Below, one piece after another: positions 43,924 through 53,854 of a stretch of 64,000 bases of DNA. The notes below the pieces were generated by a model, which was given only the letters and a program-made list of their open reading frames with translations, had not been told where the DNA came from and ran no database searches. The translations under genes were made by a program, and so were the position numbers. Every line of letters begins with the position of its first letter. Within the stretch, counting starts at the first letter, position 1. The stretch is from Patescibacteria group bacterium (GTDB lineage: Bacteria; Patescibacteriota; Patescibacteriia; UBA9934; GWF2-40-263): NCBI GenBank assembly GCA_004297215.1, contig SCUM01000001.1, forward strand, positions 417,181-481,180. Direction: 5' to 3'.

Positions 43924-46404
43924 ATGAAAGACATCACCGAAAAATTCACGACCCACCTCAAGAACGTCCTCACGCGGGCGCTCGTGTTCGTGGTGGAGCG
44001 CGGGAACCAGACGGTGAAGCCGGAGCACCTCCTGTGGGCGCTCGGCACGCAGAAAGGGTGCATCGGCGGGGAGCTGCTCGGCCGCGTGAAGGTGCCGCCC
44101 GAGAAGCTGCGCGACCTGGTGGGCGCGACGGGAACCGAAGGGACCGAGACGGCTCCGGGCGCCTTCGCGCTCAAGCTCTCCGAGAGCGCAAAGCGCATCC
44201 TCGAAAAAGCGGTACTGACCGCCAACGTGTACAACCACCGCTACATCGGCACCGAGCACCTGCTCTCGGCCATCCTCCAGCTCAAGGAGCCGGCGCTCGA
44301 GAGGTTCTTCGTCGCGGAACGCACCGACCTGGATGAGCTGCGCCGGGAGGTGACCGTGGTCCTCAAGGGATCCGCCTCGTTCCCCGAGATGATGGGCGCC
44401 GTCCCCGCGGCCGTGCCCGAGACGAGCCAGGAACCGGCGGCCCCGCAGGAGGGCGGCGAGAGCAAGGGGAGGAAGACCCCGGCACTCGAATATTTCGGCC
44501 GGGACCTCACCAGCCGAGAGGTGCAGGAGCGCATCGACCCGGTGATCGGCCGCGAGACGGAGATCCAGCGCATGATGGAGATCCTGTGCCGTCGCACCAA
44601 GAACAATCCCCTCCTGCTGGGCGAACCGGGCGTTGGCAAGACCGCCATCGTGGAAGGGTTCGCCAAGCGCGTGATGGAAGGCGACGTTCCCCCGGTACTG
44701 CGCGGCAAGCGCATCGTGTCGCTCGACCTCTCCGCCGTGGTGGCCGGCACCATGTACCGCGGCGAGTTCGAAGGCCGCCTGCGCCAGATCATGGACGAGG
44801 CGCGCCAGAATCCCGACATCATCCTGTTCGTGGACGAAATCCACGGGCTGGTGGGCGCCGGATCGGCCACGGGATCCATGGACGCCGGCAACATCCTGAA
44901 GCCCGCGCTCGCGCGCGGCGAGATCCGCTGCATCGGCGCCACCACGAGCGCGGAATACAAGAAGCATTTCGAGACCGATCCCGCGCTCGAGCGCCGGTTC
45001 GGCGGCATCCGTGTGGAAGAGCCCTCCCCCGAACGCGCGCTCGCGATCGTGCTTGGCGTGCTCCCGCAGTATGAGGCGTTCCACGGGGTGCGCATCGCCC
45101 CGCACGCGGCCGAGGCCGCGGTGCGACTTTCGGTGCGCTATCTCAACGACCGCCGCCTGCCGGACAAGGCGATCGACCTCATCGACGAGGCGTGCGCGGG
45201 CAAGCGCGTGTCCGCTCCCGAACCCGGAGCGGCCGAGGCCCGGCGCCTCATCCGCGCGCGGCTCGACGCGGTGGCCGACGAGAAGCGTACGGCCGTCGTC
45301 GAGGAGCGTTTCGACGACGCCATGGCGCTCAAGGACGAGGAGGAGGCGCTGCGCTCCGGTCTCAAGCGCGAGGAAGCTGCGCGCGGCCCCGTGCTTGTCG
45401 TGGACGAAGAGGACATCGCGCGCGTGATCGCCCGCTCCACCGGAATCCCGGCCGCCGACCTGGTGGAAGACGAGCGTGCGCAGCTCCTGGCGCTCGAGAG
45501 CACGCTCACGGAACGGGTGATCGGACAGGAGCGGTGCGTGCAGGCCGTGGCGCAGGCGCTGCGTCGCGCCAAGGCCGGGCTGTCGGCGCGCGAGCGTCCG
45601 CTCGCGAGCTTCCTGTTCTTGGGCCCGTCCGGCGTCGGAAAGACGGAGCTCGCCAAGGCGATCGCGCAAAGCGCCTTCGGCGACGAGCGCTCGCTCATCC
45701 GGCTCGACATGTCGGAGTATTCGGAGGCGTTCACCATGAGCAAGCTCGTCGGTTCCCCGGCCGGCTATGTGGGGTACCGCGAAGGGGCCAAGCTCACGGA
45801 CGGCGTGAAGGCACGTCCGTACGGCGTGGTGCTGTTCGACGAGATCGAGAAGGCGCACAAGGACGTGCAGAACCTCCTGCTCCAGATCTTGGAAGAGGGC
45901 GAGCTCGCGGACGCCACCGGGCGCAAGGTGAGCTTCCGCCACAGCGTGATCGTGCTCACGAGCAACGTGGGGCTCGAGCGGTTCGGCCGCTCCGGGATGG
46001 GGTTTGTAAGCGGGGAGGAAGACGCGCGCGCCACGCTCGAGGCGGACCTTAAGGCCGAGCTGAACGAGCGCTTCCGCCCGGAGCTCGTGAACCGCATCGA
46101 CCGCGTATGCGTGTTCGAGCCGCTCGGGCGCGACGTGCTCGCGCGCATCGCGCTGCGCGAGCTCACCAAAGCCGTGGTGCGCGCCACCGAGCGCGGCATC
46201 GCCCTCTCGATCGGCGCTGGGGTGGCAGAGCGCCTGGCAGAGCTTTCGGATCCCAAGGTAGGCGCGCGCGACGTGCGCCGGCTCGTGCAGGAGGCTGTGG
46301 AGTCGAAGCTCGCCGACCGGCTTCTCTCCGGAAAATCCCCGAAACGCCTCACGGTGACGGTCAAAGGCCGCGACATCGCCCTCACGGAATCCCGCCGCGC
46401 CTGA
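43924..46404 (+). CDS. clpC: ATP-dependent Clp protease ATP-binding subunit (ClpC-like)
   Basis: Clp N repeats, GEPGVGKT, LPDKAIDLIDEA, UVR segment, GPSGVGKT, FRPELVNRID. Confidence 0.93.
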   Translation: MKDITEKFTTHLKNVLTRALVFVVERGNQTVKPEHLLWALGTQKGCIGGELLGRVKVPPEKLRDLVGATGTEGTETAPGAFALKLSESAKRILEKAVLTANVYNHRYIGTEHLLSAILQLKEPALERFFVAERTDLDELRREVTVVLKGSASFPEMMGAVPAAVPETSQEPAAPQEGGESKGRKTPALEYFGRDLTSREVQERIDPVIGRETEIQRMMEILCRRTKNNPLLLGEPGVGKTAIVEGFAKRVMEGDVPPVLRGKRIVSLDLSAVVAGTMYRGEFEGRLRQIMDEARQNPDIILFVDEIHGLVGAGSATGSMDAGNILKPALARGEIRCIGATTSAEYKKHFETDPALERRFGGIRVEEPSPERALAIVLGVLPQYEAFHGVRIAPHAAEAAVRLSVRYLNDRRLPDKAIDLIDEACAGKRVSAPEPGAAEARRLIRARLDAVADEKRTAVVEERFDDAMALKDEEEALRSGLKREEAARGPVLVVDEEDIARVIARSTGIPAADLVEDERAQLLALESTLTERVIGQERCVQAVAQALRRAKAGLSARERPLASFLFLGPSGVGKTELAKAIAQSAFGDERSLIRLDMSEYSEAFTMSKLVGSPAGYVGYREGAKLTDGVKARPYGVVLFDEIEKAHKDVQNLLLQILEEGELADATGRKVSFRHSVIVLTSNVGLERFGRSGMGFVSGEEDARATLEADLKAELNERFRPELVNRIDRVCVFEPLGRDVLARIALRELTKAVVRATERGIALSIGAGVAERLAELSDPKVGARDVRRLVQEAVESKLADRLLSGKSPKRLTVTVKGRDIALTESRRA

Positions 46405-46426
46405 AATGCGGTACAATGGGCGCGTT

Positions 46427-47131
46427 ATGGCTGCGGCCGCGTCCGATAAGAATCCCTCTCGCATCGCGCGGTTCGGACAACGGGCCGCGCTTTCGGGCAT
46501 GCTGTTCTTGGGCGGCGCTCCGGGGCAGGCCAGCGAGGAGCCTGAAACGCAAGGTGTTTCCATCGTCGCCGGTTCGGCCGCGGAAGACGAGGGGGGCGAC
46601 GAGGCGTTCGACGAGGCGGATGCGAGCGCGCGGCTCAAGGAGCGCACCCAGCGGGCCCGTGCCGCCGAGGGACGGCAAAAGGCCCAAGAAGACATGGCGA
46701 AGCAAGCCGGAGAGCCTCCGCCCGAAGTGGCGACCGTGTGGAGCCTGTTCATCGGCTGGGTGAGCAAGGCCGCGCTGGCTTCGATCATCGGGGCGTTCCT
46801 CTGGTTCCCCTTCCTCCTCGTCGTCGGGGACTTCGTCTTCCGGGGGAAGCATCCCTACATCCCCGGGGTCACCTGGGACCTGCTTCTCATGAAGATGGGG
46901 GCAACGCCGAAGGAGCAGGCCAAGCTCAACCTGCTCCCGGACATCCTGGCCAAGGCCATCGTGCTGTTCATGCTGCTCGTGGACATCCTCGTCGTCTGCC
47001 TTCTCGCCGTCCTCATGGTCATCCAGGTCTACCTCGAATACAAGGCCATCATGGTCATCGTCCGGATCTTTGGCCCGCTCACCAACAATCTGCTAGACTT
47101 GTTGAATCTGCCACATGTTCCCCTGCCCTGA
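46427..47131 (+). CDS. Hypothetical membrane protein
   Basis: Acidic N-region followed by 2-3 TM helices. Confidence 0.7.
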   Translation: MAAAASDKNPSRIARFGQRAALSGMLFLGGAPGQASEEPETQGVSIVAGSAAEDEGGDEAFDEADASARLKERTQRARAAEGRQKAQEDMAKQAGEPPPEVATVWSLFIGWVSKAALASIIGAFLWFPFLLVVGDFVFRGKHPYIPGVTWDLLLMKMGATPKEQAKLNLLPDILAKAIVLFMLLVDILVVCLLAVLMVIQVYLEYKAIMVIVRIFGPLTNNLLDLLNLPHVPLP

Positions 47132-47134
47132 CCT

Positions 47135-48358
47135 ATGGACGAACGGGTGAAGCGCGGCTTGCAAATCGCGGCGTTCGTCGGTTCCGTGCTGCTCATCGGG
47201 ACGGGGTTGTATTTCGCGTTCTTCCGCGGACAGGCGGGACCGTCGCGGCCCCCGGCCGCCGTCCCCGCCGCGCCCGCCGCCCCTGGGAGCCTCCCGTCCG
47301 CCGGCCTCGGCGCTCCCGCCCCTGCCCCGAGACCGACGACGGCCGCCCCGCGCCTGCGCGCCTCGGCGATCGCGAACGGCGGCGCGACAAGCACCAACGA
47401 GGTCGCCGCGACCCCGGCCAAGGCCATCGTCGCCGCCGGCAGCGGGATCAGCTACTACGATCCCGCCGACGGGAAGTTCTACGGGGTGGACGCCGACGGG
47501 AACGTGCGGGCGCTTTCCGAGCAGGCGTTCCCCCAAGCGAGCGACGTGGAGTGGAACAAGGGGGCGGACAAGGCCGTCATCGAGTTTCCCGACGGCAGCA
47601 ACGTCGTCTACGATTTCGCCACGCAGACCCAGGTGACGCTCCCGGCCCACTGGGAGGATTTCCACTTTTCCCCGGGGAGCGACGAGATTCTCGCCAAGTC
47701 GATGGGTCTCGACCCCAACAACCGGTTCCTGGTGGTGAGCAACGGGGACGGGAGCAACGTGAAGAGCATCCAGGCGCTCGGGAACAACGCCCATAAGGTC
47801 ACGGTCGCCCCGAGCCCCAACGACCAGGTGGTGGCGTTCGCCGACACGGCCGATCCGCTGCCAGGAGGGATCGGACGCAAGCTCATCGTCCCCATCGGCA
47901 AGAACCAGGAACATTTCAAAGGGCTCGCCGTGGAAGGATTCGGCTTCTCCCCGAACTGGGCTCCCGACGGCGCGCGGCTGTTGTATTCCGTCTCCGGTGA
48001 TTTCAGCTCCTACCTGCCGCAGCTGTGGATCGTCGACGCCACCGCCGCGACCATGGGTGAGCACCGTCAGGCGCTCCCCATCAACACCTGGGCGGACAAG
48101 TGCGCGTTCTCCGGGAACAATTCGCTGCTGTGCGCCGTCCCGCGCGCCCTTCCGGCAAACGCCGGGCTGCAGCGCGGCCTTGCCGACGCGGTCGCCGACG
48201 ACCTGTTCCGGGTAGACCTCGCCACGGGCGCGGCGTCCCGCGTGGCGGTCCCGGCCACCAACACCCGGATGACCGGCCTCACGGTCACCGCCGACGGCTC
48301 CGCCGTGTTCTTCAAGAACGAATTCACCGGCACGCTGGAAAGCATCCGGTTGAAGTGA
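47135..48358 (+). CDS. Membrane-anchored TolB-like beta-propeller protein
   Basis: N-terminal TM, Pro/Ala linker, repeats FSPGSD / PSPND / WAPDG / ADG. Confidence 0.78.
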   Translation: MDERVKRGLQIAAFVGSVLLIGTGLYFAFFRGQAGPSRPPAAVPAAPAAPGSLPSAGLGAPAPAPRPTTAAPRLRASAIANGGATSTNEVAATPAKAIVAAGSGISYYDPADGKFYGVDADGNVRALSEQAFPQASDVEWNKGADKAVIEFPDGSNVVYDFATQTQVTLPAHWEDFHFSPGSDEILAKSMGLDPNNRFLVVSNGDGSNVKSIQALGNNAHKVTVAPSPNDQVVAFADTADPLPGGIGRKLIVPIGKNQEHFKGLAVEGFGFSPNWAPDGARLLYSVSGDFSSYLPQLWIVDATAATMGEHRQALPINTWADKCAFSGNNSLLCAVPRALPANAGLQRGLADAVADDLFRVDLATGAASRVAVPATNTRMTGLTVTADGSAVFFKNEFTGTLESIRLK

Positions 48359-48365
48359 GGGCCTT

Positions 48366-49001
48366 GTGAAGTACCCCTGGCTCGTCATGCTCTCCTTCGC
48401 GGCCGTCGGGGCGATCGTCCTCGGGTTCTACGCCATCCGGCTTGAGCCGATCCGCAAGCAAGCGCCCTCCTCGACTCCCGTGACGACTCCGCTCACTACC
48501 CCGACCATCACCTTCGTCGATCCCTCGCGCGGACCGACTTCGGCCAAGGTGACCATCGTGGAATTCGCCGATTTCCAGTGCGAACCATGCGCGGCCACGG
48601 CAAAGGCGCTCGCGGAGCTCATGGCGGTCCGCACGGACATCCGCGTGGTTTGGAAAAACCTCCCGAGCGAATCCCATGCTCTCGCCCTGCCAGCTGCCGT
48701 CGCTTCCCTCTGCGCCGACCGCCAAGGGAAATTTTGGGAGTATCACGACGCGTTGTTCGCAGAGCGCGCTTCCCTCTCGTTTGAACGGCTGAGAGACATC
48801 GCCTTCGATCTCAAGCTCGACCAAGCGGCGTTCGCGTCCTGTCTTGATGCCCAGGAAACGCTCCCGCTCGTGCGCAGGAACGTGGAAGAGGCGCAGGCGC
48901 TCGGCCTCACCGCCTCGCCCACCCTGTTCATCGGGTCCGAGCGCGTGGTCGGGGCCGTCACCCTGGAAGAACTGGAACGGTATGTCGACGAAACGCGGTA
49001 A
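48366..49001 (+). CDS. dsbA: DsbA family thiol:disulfide oxidoreductase
   Basis: IVEFADFQCEPC, QGKFWEYHDALF, SPTLFI. Confidence 0.88.
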   Translation: MKYPWLVMLSFAAVGAIVLGFYAIRLEPIRKQAPSSTPVTTPLTTPTITFVDPSRGPTSAKVTIVEFADFQCEPCAATAKALAELMAVRTDIRVVWKNLPSESHALALPAAVASLCADRQGKFWEYHDALFAERASLSFERLRDIAFDLKLDQAAFASCLDAQETLPLVRRNVEEAQALGLTASPTLFIGSERVVGAVTLEELERYVDETR

Positions 49002-50331
49002 CCTCGTCGTATTCCTGGCGTCCGTCGTCCTCTCGTTCGGCTCGGCCATGCCGGCGCAGGCGTCCCAAACCCAAGGTACCTGTTTTTGCGCGACGGCAGG
49101 AGACGACCCGTGCCGTGAAACGGCGGGAATCACCGTTGACTCAGTCCAGGCCGTCGAGACCCCTTCGGCGCTGGCGTACAGGATGTCCATCTTGTGTGCC
49201 ACCATGCAGTGCGGTTCCAACGACCCAAACCTCTCATACGGTGTCAGTGACGTGTCGGACAGCGGGCTCAAGGCTGCGGTCAAGGCTGCTTGTGACACGC
49301 GCACGCCGCTCGCGGACGCCTATGAGACGGTCTTCGGGCGGCGCGCACCGGCGGCCACGGACGCGGGCAAACCGTTTGCGTCCGTAAAACCTGAACTCTC
49401 CTTTGACATCCCCGGCCTCGAATTCTCGGACGTCCTCAATAAGGATGGGAAACTGACCGTGAACTTCCTTGCCGAGTACATCACCGCCGTGTTCCGCCTG
49501 GTGCTTGGCGTGTCCACGACCATCGCGATCGTGATGATCATGGTCGGCGGGTTGCAATACGTGATGGCGGCAGGAACCGGCAACGTGAAGGCGGCCAAGG
49601 AACGCATCCGCAATTCCATCATCGGGCTCGCCATCCTGTTTTCCACCTTCGTCATCCTCTACACGGTCAACCCGCAGCTCACCTTGTTCGCCGCGCTCGA
49701 ACTCGAGCAGATCCAGACCGTAAAGCTCGTCGCGGAGTCCGGTGACACGGGCGGAGGCGTCACGGCGGATCCGGCGGCGTTACAGGCAGCCGGCATCGAA
49801 TGTCCGCAGGAAGGCGGTGCGGGAGACATCCCCATCATCGCCGAATCGTTCATCGGGAAGGTGACCTATCGCTTCGGGGGCAAGGGAAAGCCGCCTCCGT
49901 ACACGTTCGACACCAAGGTCTCGAAGGACGGACAGGCGTTCAGCGGCTTCTGCCCGGAGGGGACCGTGTGCCTGGACTGCTCCGGGTTCGTCGACCTCGT
50001 GTACGCGTGCGCAGGACTTCCTCCAAAGCTCACGAGCGGCTCCGTGAAATTCGCGAACGAGACGCTCATCGACACCTCGACCTGCTCGGATGACGGCGGG
50101 GTCGAGACGGCCGACGGCTCCACGATCCTCGTTCCCGGCGACCTCATCGGCTTCAGCAAGGGCGAAAACGGCCAATCGGCCAGCGGACACGTGTGGATGT
50201 ACCTTGGCGACGGGAAGCTCATCAACAGCGCGGGAAAACGCGAACCTCCTGGCAAGGCCGTGTTCACGCAATCATTGACGGGCGTCTGCAAGGCCTACAA
50301 GACCCTGCACGTGATCCGCGTGGCTCCCTGA
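48982..50331 (+). CDS. Cys-rich protein with T4SS-pilin-like hairpin fused to an NlpC/P60-like hydrolase
   Basis: Signal peptide; IMVGGLQYVMAAG..AKERIRNSIIGL..ILYTVNP; YRFGG..LDCSGFV..PGDLI..GHV. Confidence 0.8.
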   Translation: MSTKRGNLVVFLASVVLSFGSAMPAQASQTQGTCFCATAGDDPCRETAGITVDSVQAVETPSALAYRMSILCATMQCGSNDPNLSYGVSDVSDSGLKAAVKAACDTRTPLADAYETVFGRRAPAATDAGKPFASVKPELSFDIPGLEFSDVLNKDGKLTVNFLAEYITAVFRLVLGVSTTIAIVMIMVGGLQYVMAAGTGNVKAAKERIRNSIIGLAILFSTFVILYTVNPQLTLFAALELEQIQTVKLVAESGDTGGGVTADPAALQAAGIECPQEGGAGDIPIIAESFIGKVTYRFGGKGKPPPYTFDTKVSKDGQAFSGFCPEGTVCLDCSGFVDLVYACAGLPPKLTSGSVKFANETLIDTSTCSDDGGVETADGSTILVPGDLIGFSKGENGQSASGHVWMYLGDGKLINSAGKREPPGKAVFTQSLTGVCKAYKTLHVIRVAP

Positions 50332-50332
50332 T

Positions 50333-51652
50333 ATGTTCGCCTGCTCCAAGTGCGACGCGCAGACGTCGAAGTGGGCCGGGAGGTGCGCCGAGTGCGGCGC
50401 GTGGGGGACGGTGGGGGAAGAGGCGGACAAGGCCTCAGGCGGACAAGGCCTCAGGACGTTTGGAGCGAAGGCGAAGGCAATGAAGAGCGCGCCGCTTTCC
50501 GGCGCGTCGGCGGCGCCAAAGGCTCGGATCGCGACGACGATCGGGGAGATGGACCGCGTGCTCGGCGGCGGGCTCGTGCCTGGGAGCCTGGTGCTGCTTG
50601 CTGGTGAGCCGGGGATCGGGAAGTCGACTTTGGTGGCGATGGCGGCGGGACGGGTCGCGCGCGCAGACCCCTCCATGCCTCCCCTTTCCAAGGGGAGGAT
50701 AGCTCAAGTTTTGTATGTATCGGGTGAGGAATCGGCTTCCCAGCTTGCGGACCGGTTCACGCGGCTTGGGCTCAACCCTGCGTCTGTCAATTTCCTGGAG
50801 CCCTACCCTGTCGAGACGCTCGTCGCTTCGATCGAAAAGGAGCGGCCTGCGCTTGCCGTCATCGACTCGGTTCAGACGCTCTCGTCAGAACTCGTTGAAG
50901 GCACGCCGGGTTCTCCTACTCTCGTGCGATACGCGACGGCGCTGTTGCTCGACCTGTGCAAGCGCACGGACGCCTGCGTGCTGCTCATAGGGCAAGTCAC
51001 GAAGGACGGCGCCGTGGCAGGTCCGAAGACGCTTGAGCACCTGGTAGACGTCGTCCTTTCCCTGGAAGGTGATCCTTCACATGGCTACCGTCTGCTGCGC
51101 TGCATGAAAAACCGCTTCGGATCGACGGATGAAGTGGGCGTGTTCGAGATGGCCGGGTCCGGCCTGCTCCCGGTCGAGAACCCGTCTGCGAAATTCCTGG
51201 AGGAACGGGCGGCCGTGCCCGGTTCCGTCGTCGCCGCGTCGCTCGAAGGGAGCCGCGTATTCTTGGTGGAAGTCCAGGCGCTCGTCGAGAAGAGTGGCTA
51301 CTCGACCCCCGTGCGACGCGCGTCCGGCTTCGATGCGGGACGGCTCACCATGCTGTGCGCCATCCTGTCGAAACGCGGCGGCCTTTCGCTCGCGGATAAG
51401 GACGTATACGTGAACGTGATCGGTGGGCTCACCCTCACCGAACCCGCCGCAGACCTGGCCGTATGCGCGGCGATCGCCGGGGCGGCCAAGGGTACGGCGT
51501 CAAAGGAACCGGTGTTGTATGCCGGCGAGGTCGGATTGGGCGGCGAAGTACGCAGCGTGCCGCATCTGGAGCGACGGTTGGCGGAGGCGAAGAGGATGGG
51601 GATCGGGACGGTGGTGACGCCAAAAACATTAAAAAGCGTCTCGGAGTTGTAA
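50333..51652 (+). CDS. radA: DNA repair protein RadA/Sms
   Basis: CSKC..CAEC zinc finger, GEPGIGKSTL, GPKTLEHLVD, KNRFG. Confidence 0.97.
   Translation: MFACSKCDAQTSKWAGRCAECGAWGTVGEEADKASGGQGLRTFGAKAKAMKSAPLSGASAAPKARIATTIGEMDRVLGGGLVPGSLVLLAGEPGIGKSTLVAMAAGRVARADPSMPPLSKGRIAQVLYVSGEESASQLADRFTRLGLNPASVNFLEPYPVETLVASIEKERPALAVIDSVQTLSSELVEGTPGSPTLVRYATALLLDLCKRTDACVLLIGQVTKDGAVAGPKTLEHLVDVVLSLEGDPSHGYRLLRCMKNRFGSTDEVGVFEMAGSGLLPVENPSAKFLEERAAVPGSVVAASLEGSRVFLVEVQALVEKSGYSTPVRRASGFDAGRLTMLCAILSKRGGLSLADKDVYVNVIGGLTLTEPAADLAVCAAIAGAAKGTASKEPVLYAGEVGLGGEVRSVPHLERRLAEAKRMGIGTVVTPKTLKSVSEL
50664..50703. repeat. In-frame copy of the DUF559-flank 40-bp repeat inside radA
   Basis: 39/40 identical to the reverse complement of 25935-25974; encodes DPSMPPLSKGRIA. 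Confidence 0.9.
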
Positions 51653-51738
51653 AGGTTTGAAAGGTTGTAAGGGTGTTGGTCAGCCGGCATATGCCGGCTG
51701 TTCAATCACCTTTACAACCCTTACCACCTTTACAACTT
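51647..51738. repeat. Inverted 9-mer-array element with palindromic core
   Basis: TTGTAAAGG-type arm, CAGCCGGCATATGCCGGCTG (51681-51700), CCTTTACAA arm. Confidence 0.87.
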
Positions 51739-51740
51739 TT

Positions 51741-53792
51741 TTATTCCAAGTGCACCCGATCAAAACTCCTCTTCACTTTCTCCTTCAGCACCGGATGTCC
51801 GGACAATTCCGGGTCTTCCGCAAGCAGCTTCGACGCGGCATCGCGGGCGCGCTTCATGAGCGGGACGTCGGCAAGCGTCGCGAGTTTGAAGTCCGGGAAT
51901 CCTGACTGCGCGTTGCCGAACAAGTTCCCTGCTCCGCGCAGCTGGAGGTCGGTTTCCGCGAGCGCGAACCCGTCGTCGCTCTCCACCATGGCCTGCAGCC
52001 GCTTTTCACCTGGCTTCGTGAGCGCGTCCGGCAGCAAGAAACAATACGATTGTGCCTCGCCCCGGCCCACGCGGCCGCGCAGCTGATGCAGCTGCGCAAG
52101 CCCGAACCGCTCCGCGCCTACGATGACGATGGCCGTAGCGTTTTGCACGTCCACGCCCACTTCGACGACGGTGGTCGCCACCAGCACGTCGATTTCGCCG
52201 GAACGGAACTCCTCGATCGCCTCGGCCTTTTCTGGCGAAGTCATCTTCCCGTGCAGCATCCCGATGCGCAGCCCCTTCAAGTCGCCCTTCGACAACATGG
52301 ATGCCGTCTCTGACACCGACTTCGCCGCGATTTTTTCTGATTCTTCGATAAGCGGGCACACGACGTACGCCTGATGTCCGGTTGCGACCTCTTCGCGCAC
52401 CTTTTCCCAAACGGCTTTTCGCTCCCCCTCCGTGACAAGGAACGTGGCGATCGGCTTCCGTCCCTTCGGTCGGTCGGGGATGACGGACAATTCGAGGTCG
52501 CCGTACAGCGTGAGCGCGAGCGAACGCGGGATCGGGGTGGCGGTCATGGAAAGCAAATGCGGCGCGGGGTCATCTTCGAGCAACGCCCGACGTTGCTCCA
52601 CGCCAAAGCGGTGCTGTTCGTCGATCACCACGAGCCCGAGCTTTGGCAGGTCTACGCCGCCCTGGAACAGCGCATGGGTCCCGATGACGAACCGCACGTC
52701 GCCATTGCGGATCGCCTGGAACAGCTCGTCGCGCGGCACCGGCGCCTCGCGTACCAGGCACTGCGACGCCGTGTAGAGGGCGACGGGCGAGGACGGGAAG
52801 AACCGGCAGAACGCGGCGTGCTGCTGGCTCGCGAGGATTTCCGTCGGGGCGAGGTAGGCGACCCCGAGGCCGGCGTTGAGCGCGCTTGAAGCGGCGATCG
52901 CGGACACGGCGGTCTTGCCGCTCCCCACGTCGCCTTGCAGCAGGCGGTTCATGGGATGCGGGTTCCCCATGTCCTTCACGATCTCCCAGGCCGCGCGGCG
53001 CTGGCCCGGCGTGAGCGCGAACGGAAGCGTGGCGACGAACGACTTCAACCCCGCTTCGTCCACGGGAATCGGATGCGCGTCACGTTTCGCTGCCTGCCGC
53101 CGGATGTCGGCGTACTGGAGCTGGTGCAGGAACAGCTCGTCGAACTTGAGGCGGTCGACCGCCTTCTCGAGCGCCTCTTTGGACTCCGGAAAATGGATGC
53201 CCGCGATTGCCGCCCCCTCGCTGCCGAATCCCTCGTCCGAAAGCAAGCCGAGCGGCAGCCACTCCTCCATCTCCTGCGTGGCCGGAAGCGCGGCCTTGAT
53301 CGCGGTGCGCAAGCGGCGGACGGTGAGCCCGCGCGTGAGCGGGTACACCGGCACGAGCCGCCCCGTATGCGTCCCCTGCCCGGCCGGTTCCCAGACGGGA
53401 TTCACCAACGTCTTCCCGCCGAACTTCGCGTCCATGCGCCCGGCAAGCGACACGCGCGTGCCCGCGCGAAGCGACTTCTCGAGATACGGCTGGTTGAACC
53501 ACATCACCTTGATTTCCCCGCTCTCGTCCGAGATGACCGCTTCGGTGAGCTTCAGTTTGGGATTCTTGTTGGCCGGACGTGTGGCGATCTTCTCGACCGT
53601 GCCCACGACCGTGGCCGTATCGTCATGCCGCAGCTTCGCGATCGGGAGCGTTCGGGAATAGTCGTCGTACCGATACGGGAAATACAGGAGCAGGTCGCGC
53701 ACGGACACGACATCGAGGGTCTTGAGGTCCTTGGCCGTTTCGCTCCCGACCCCCGGCAGGGCGGTGACAGGGGTGCCTAAGTGCAGGGCCAT
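51741..53792 (-). CDS. recG: ATP-dependent DNA helicase RecG
   Basis: RLLQGDVGSGKT, DEQHRFGV, MTATPIPR, QLHQLRGRVGRG. Confidence 0.98.
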   Translation of the reverse strand: MALHLGTPVTALPGVGSETAKDLKTLDVVSVRDLLLYFPYRYDDYSRTLPIAKLRHDDTATVVGTVEKIATRPANKNPKLKLTEAVISDESGEIKVMWFNQPYLEKSLRAGTRVSLAGRMDAKFGGKTLVNPVWEPAGQGTHTGRLVPVYPLTRGLTVRRLRTAIKAALPATQEMEEWLPLGLLSDEGFGSEGAAIAGIHFPESKEALEKAVDRLKFDELFLHQLQYADIRRQAAKRDAHPIPVDEAGLKSFVATLPFALTPGQRRAAWEIVKDMGNPHPMNRLLQGDVGSGKTAVSAIAASSALNAGLGVAYLAPTEILASQQHAAFCRFFPSSPVALYTASQCLVREAPVPRDELFQAIRNGDVRFVIGTHALFQGGVDLPKLGLVVIDEQHRFGVEQRRALLEDDPAPHLLSMTATPIPRSLALTLYGDLELSVIPDRPKGRKPIATFLVTEGERKAVWEKVREEVATGHQAYVVCPLIEESEKIAAKSVSETASMLSKGDLKGLRIGMLHGKMTSPEKAEAIEEFRSGEIDVLVATTVVEVGVDVQNATAIVIVGAERFGLAQLHQLRGRVGRGEAQSYCFLLPDALTKPGEKRLQAMVESDDGFALAETDLQLRGAGNLFGNAQSGFPDFKLATLADVPLMKRARDAASKLLAEDPELSGHPVLKEKVKRSFDRVHLE

Positions 53793-53854
53793 AATGAAGG
53801 CATCTTAGAACATTGCCAGAAAAACAAAACACCCGTCTTTCGACGGAGGTTTTG

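Noticed and set aside
3126-46788. Long antisense or alternate-frame ORFs such as 3126-5372, 9173-11044, 14642-16447, 25809-27521 and 43912-46788
   Set aside because: They shadow recognisable genes, have no motifs and are expected in high-GC DNA
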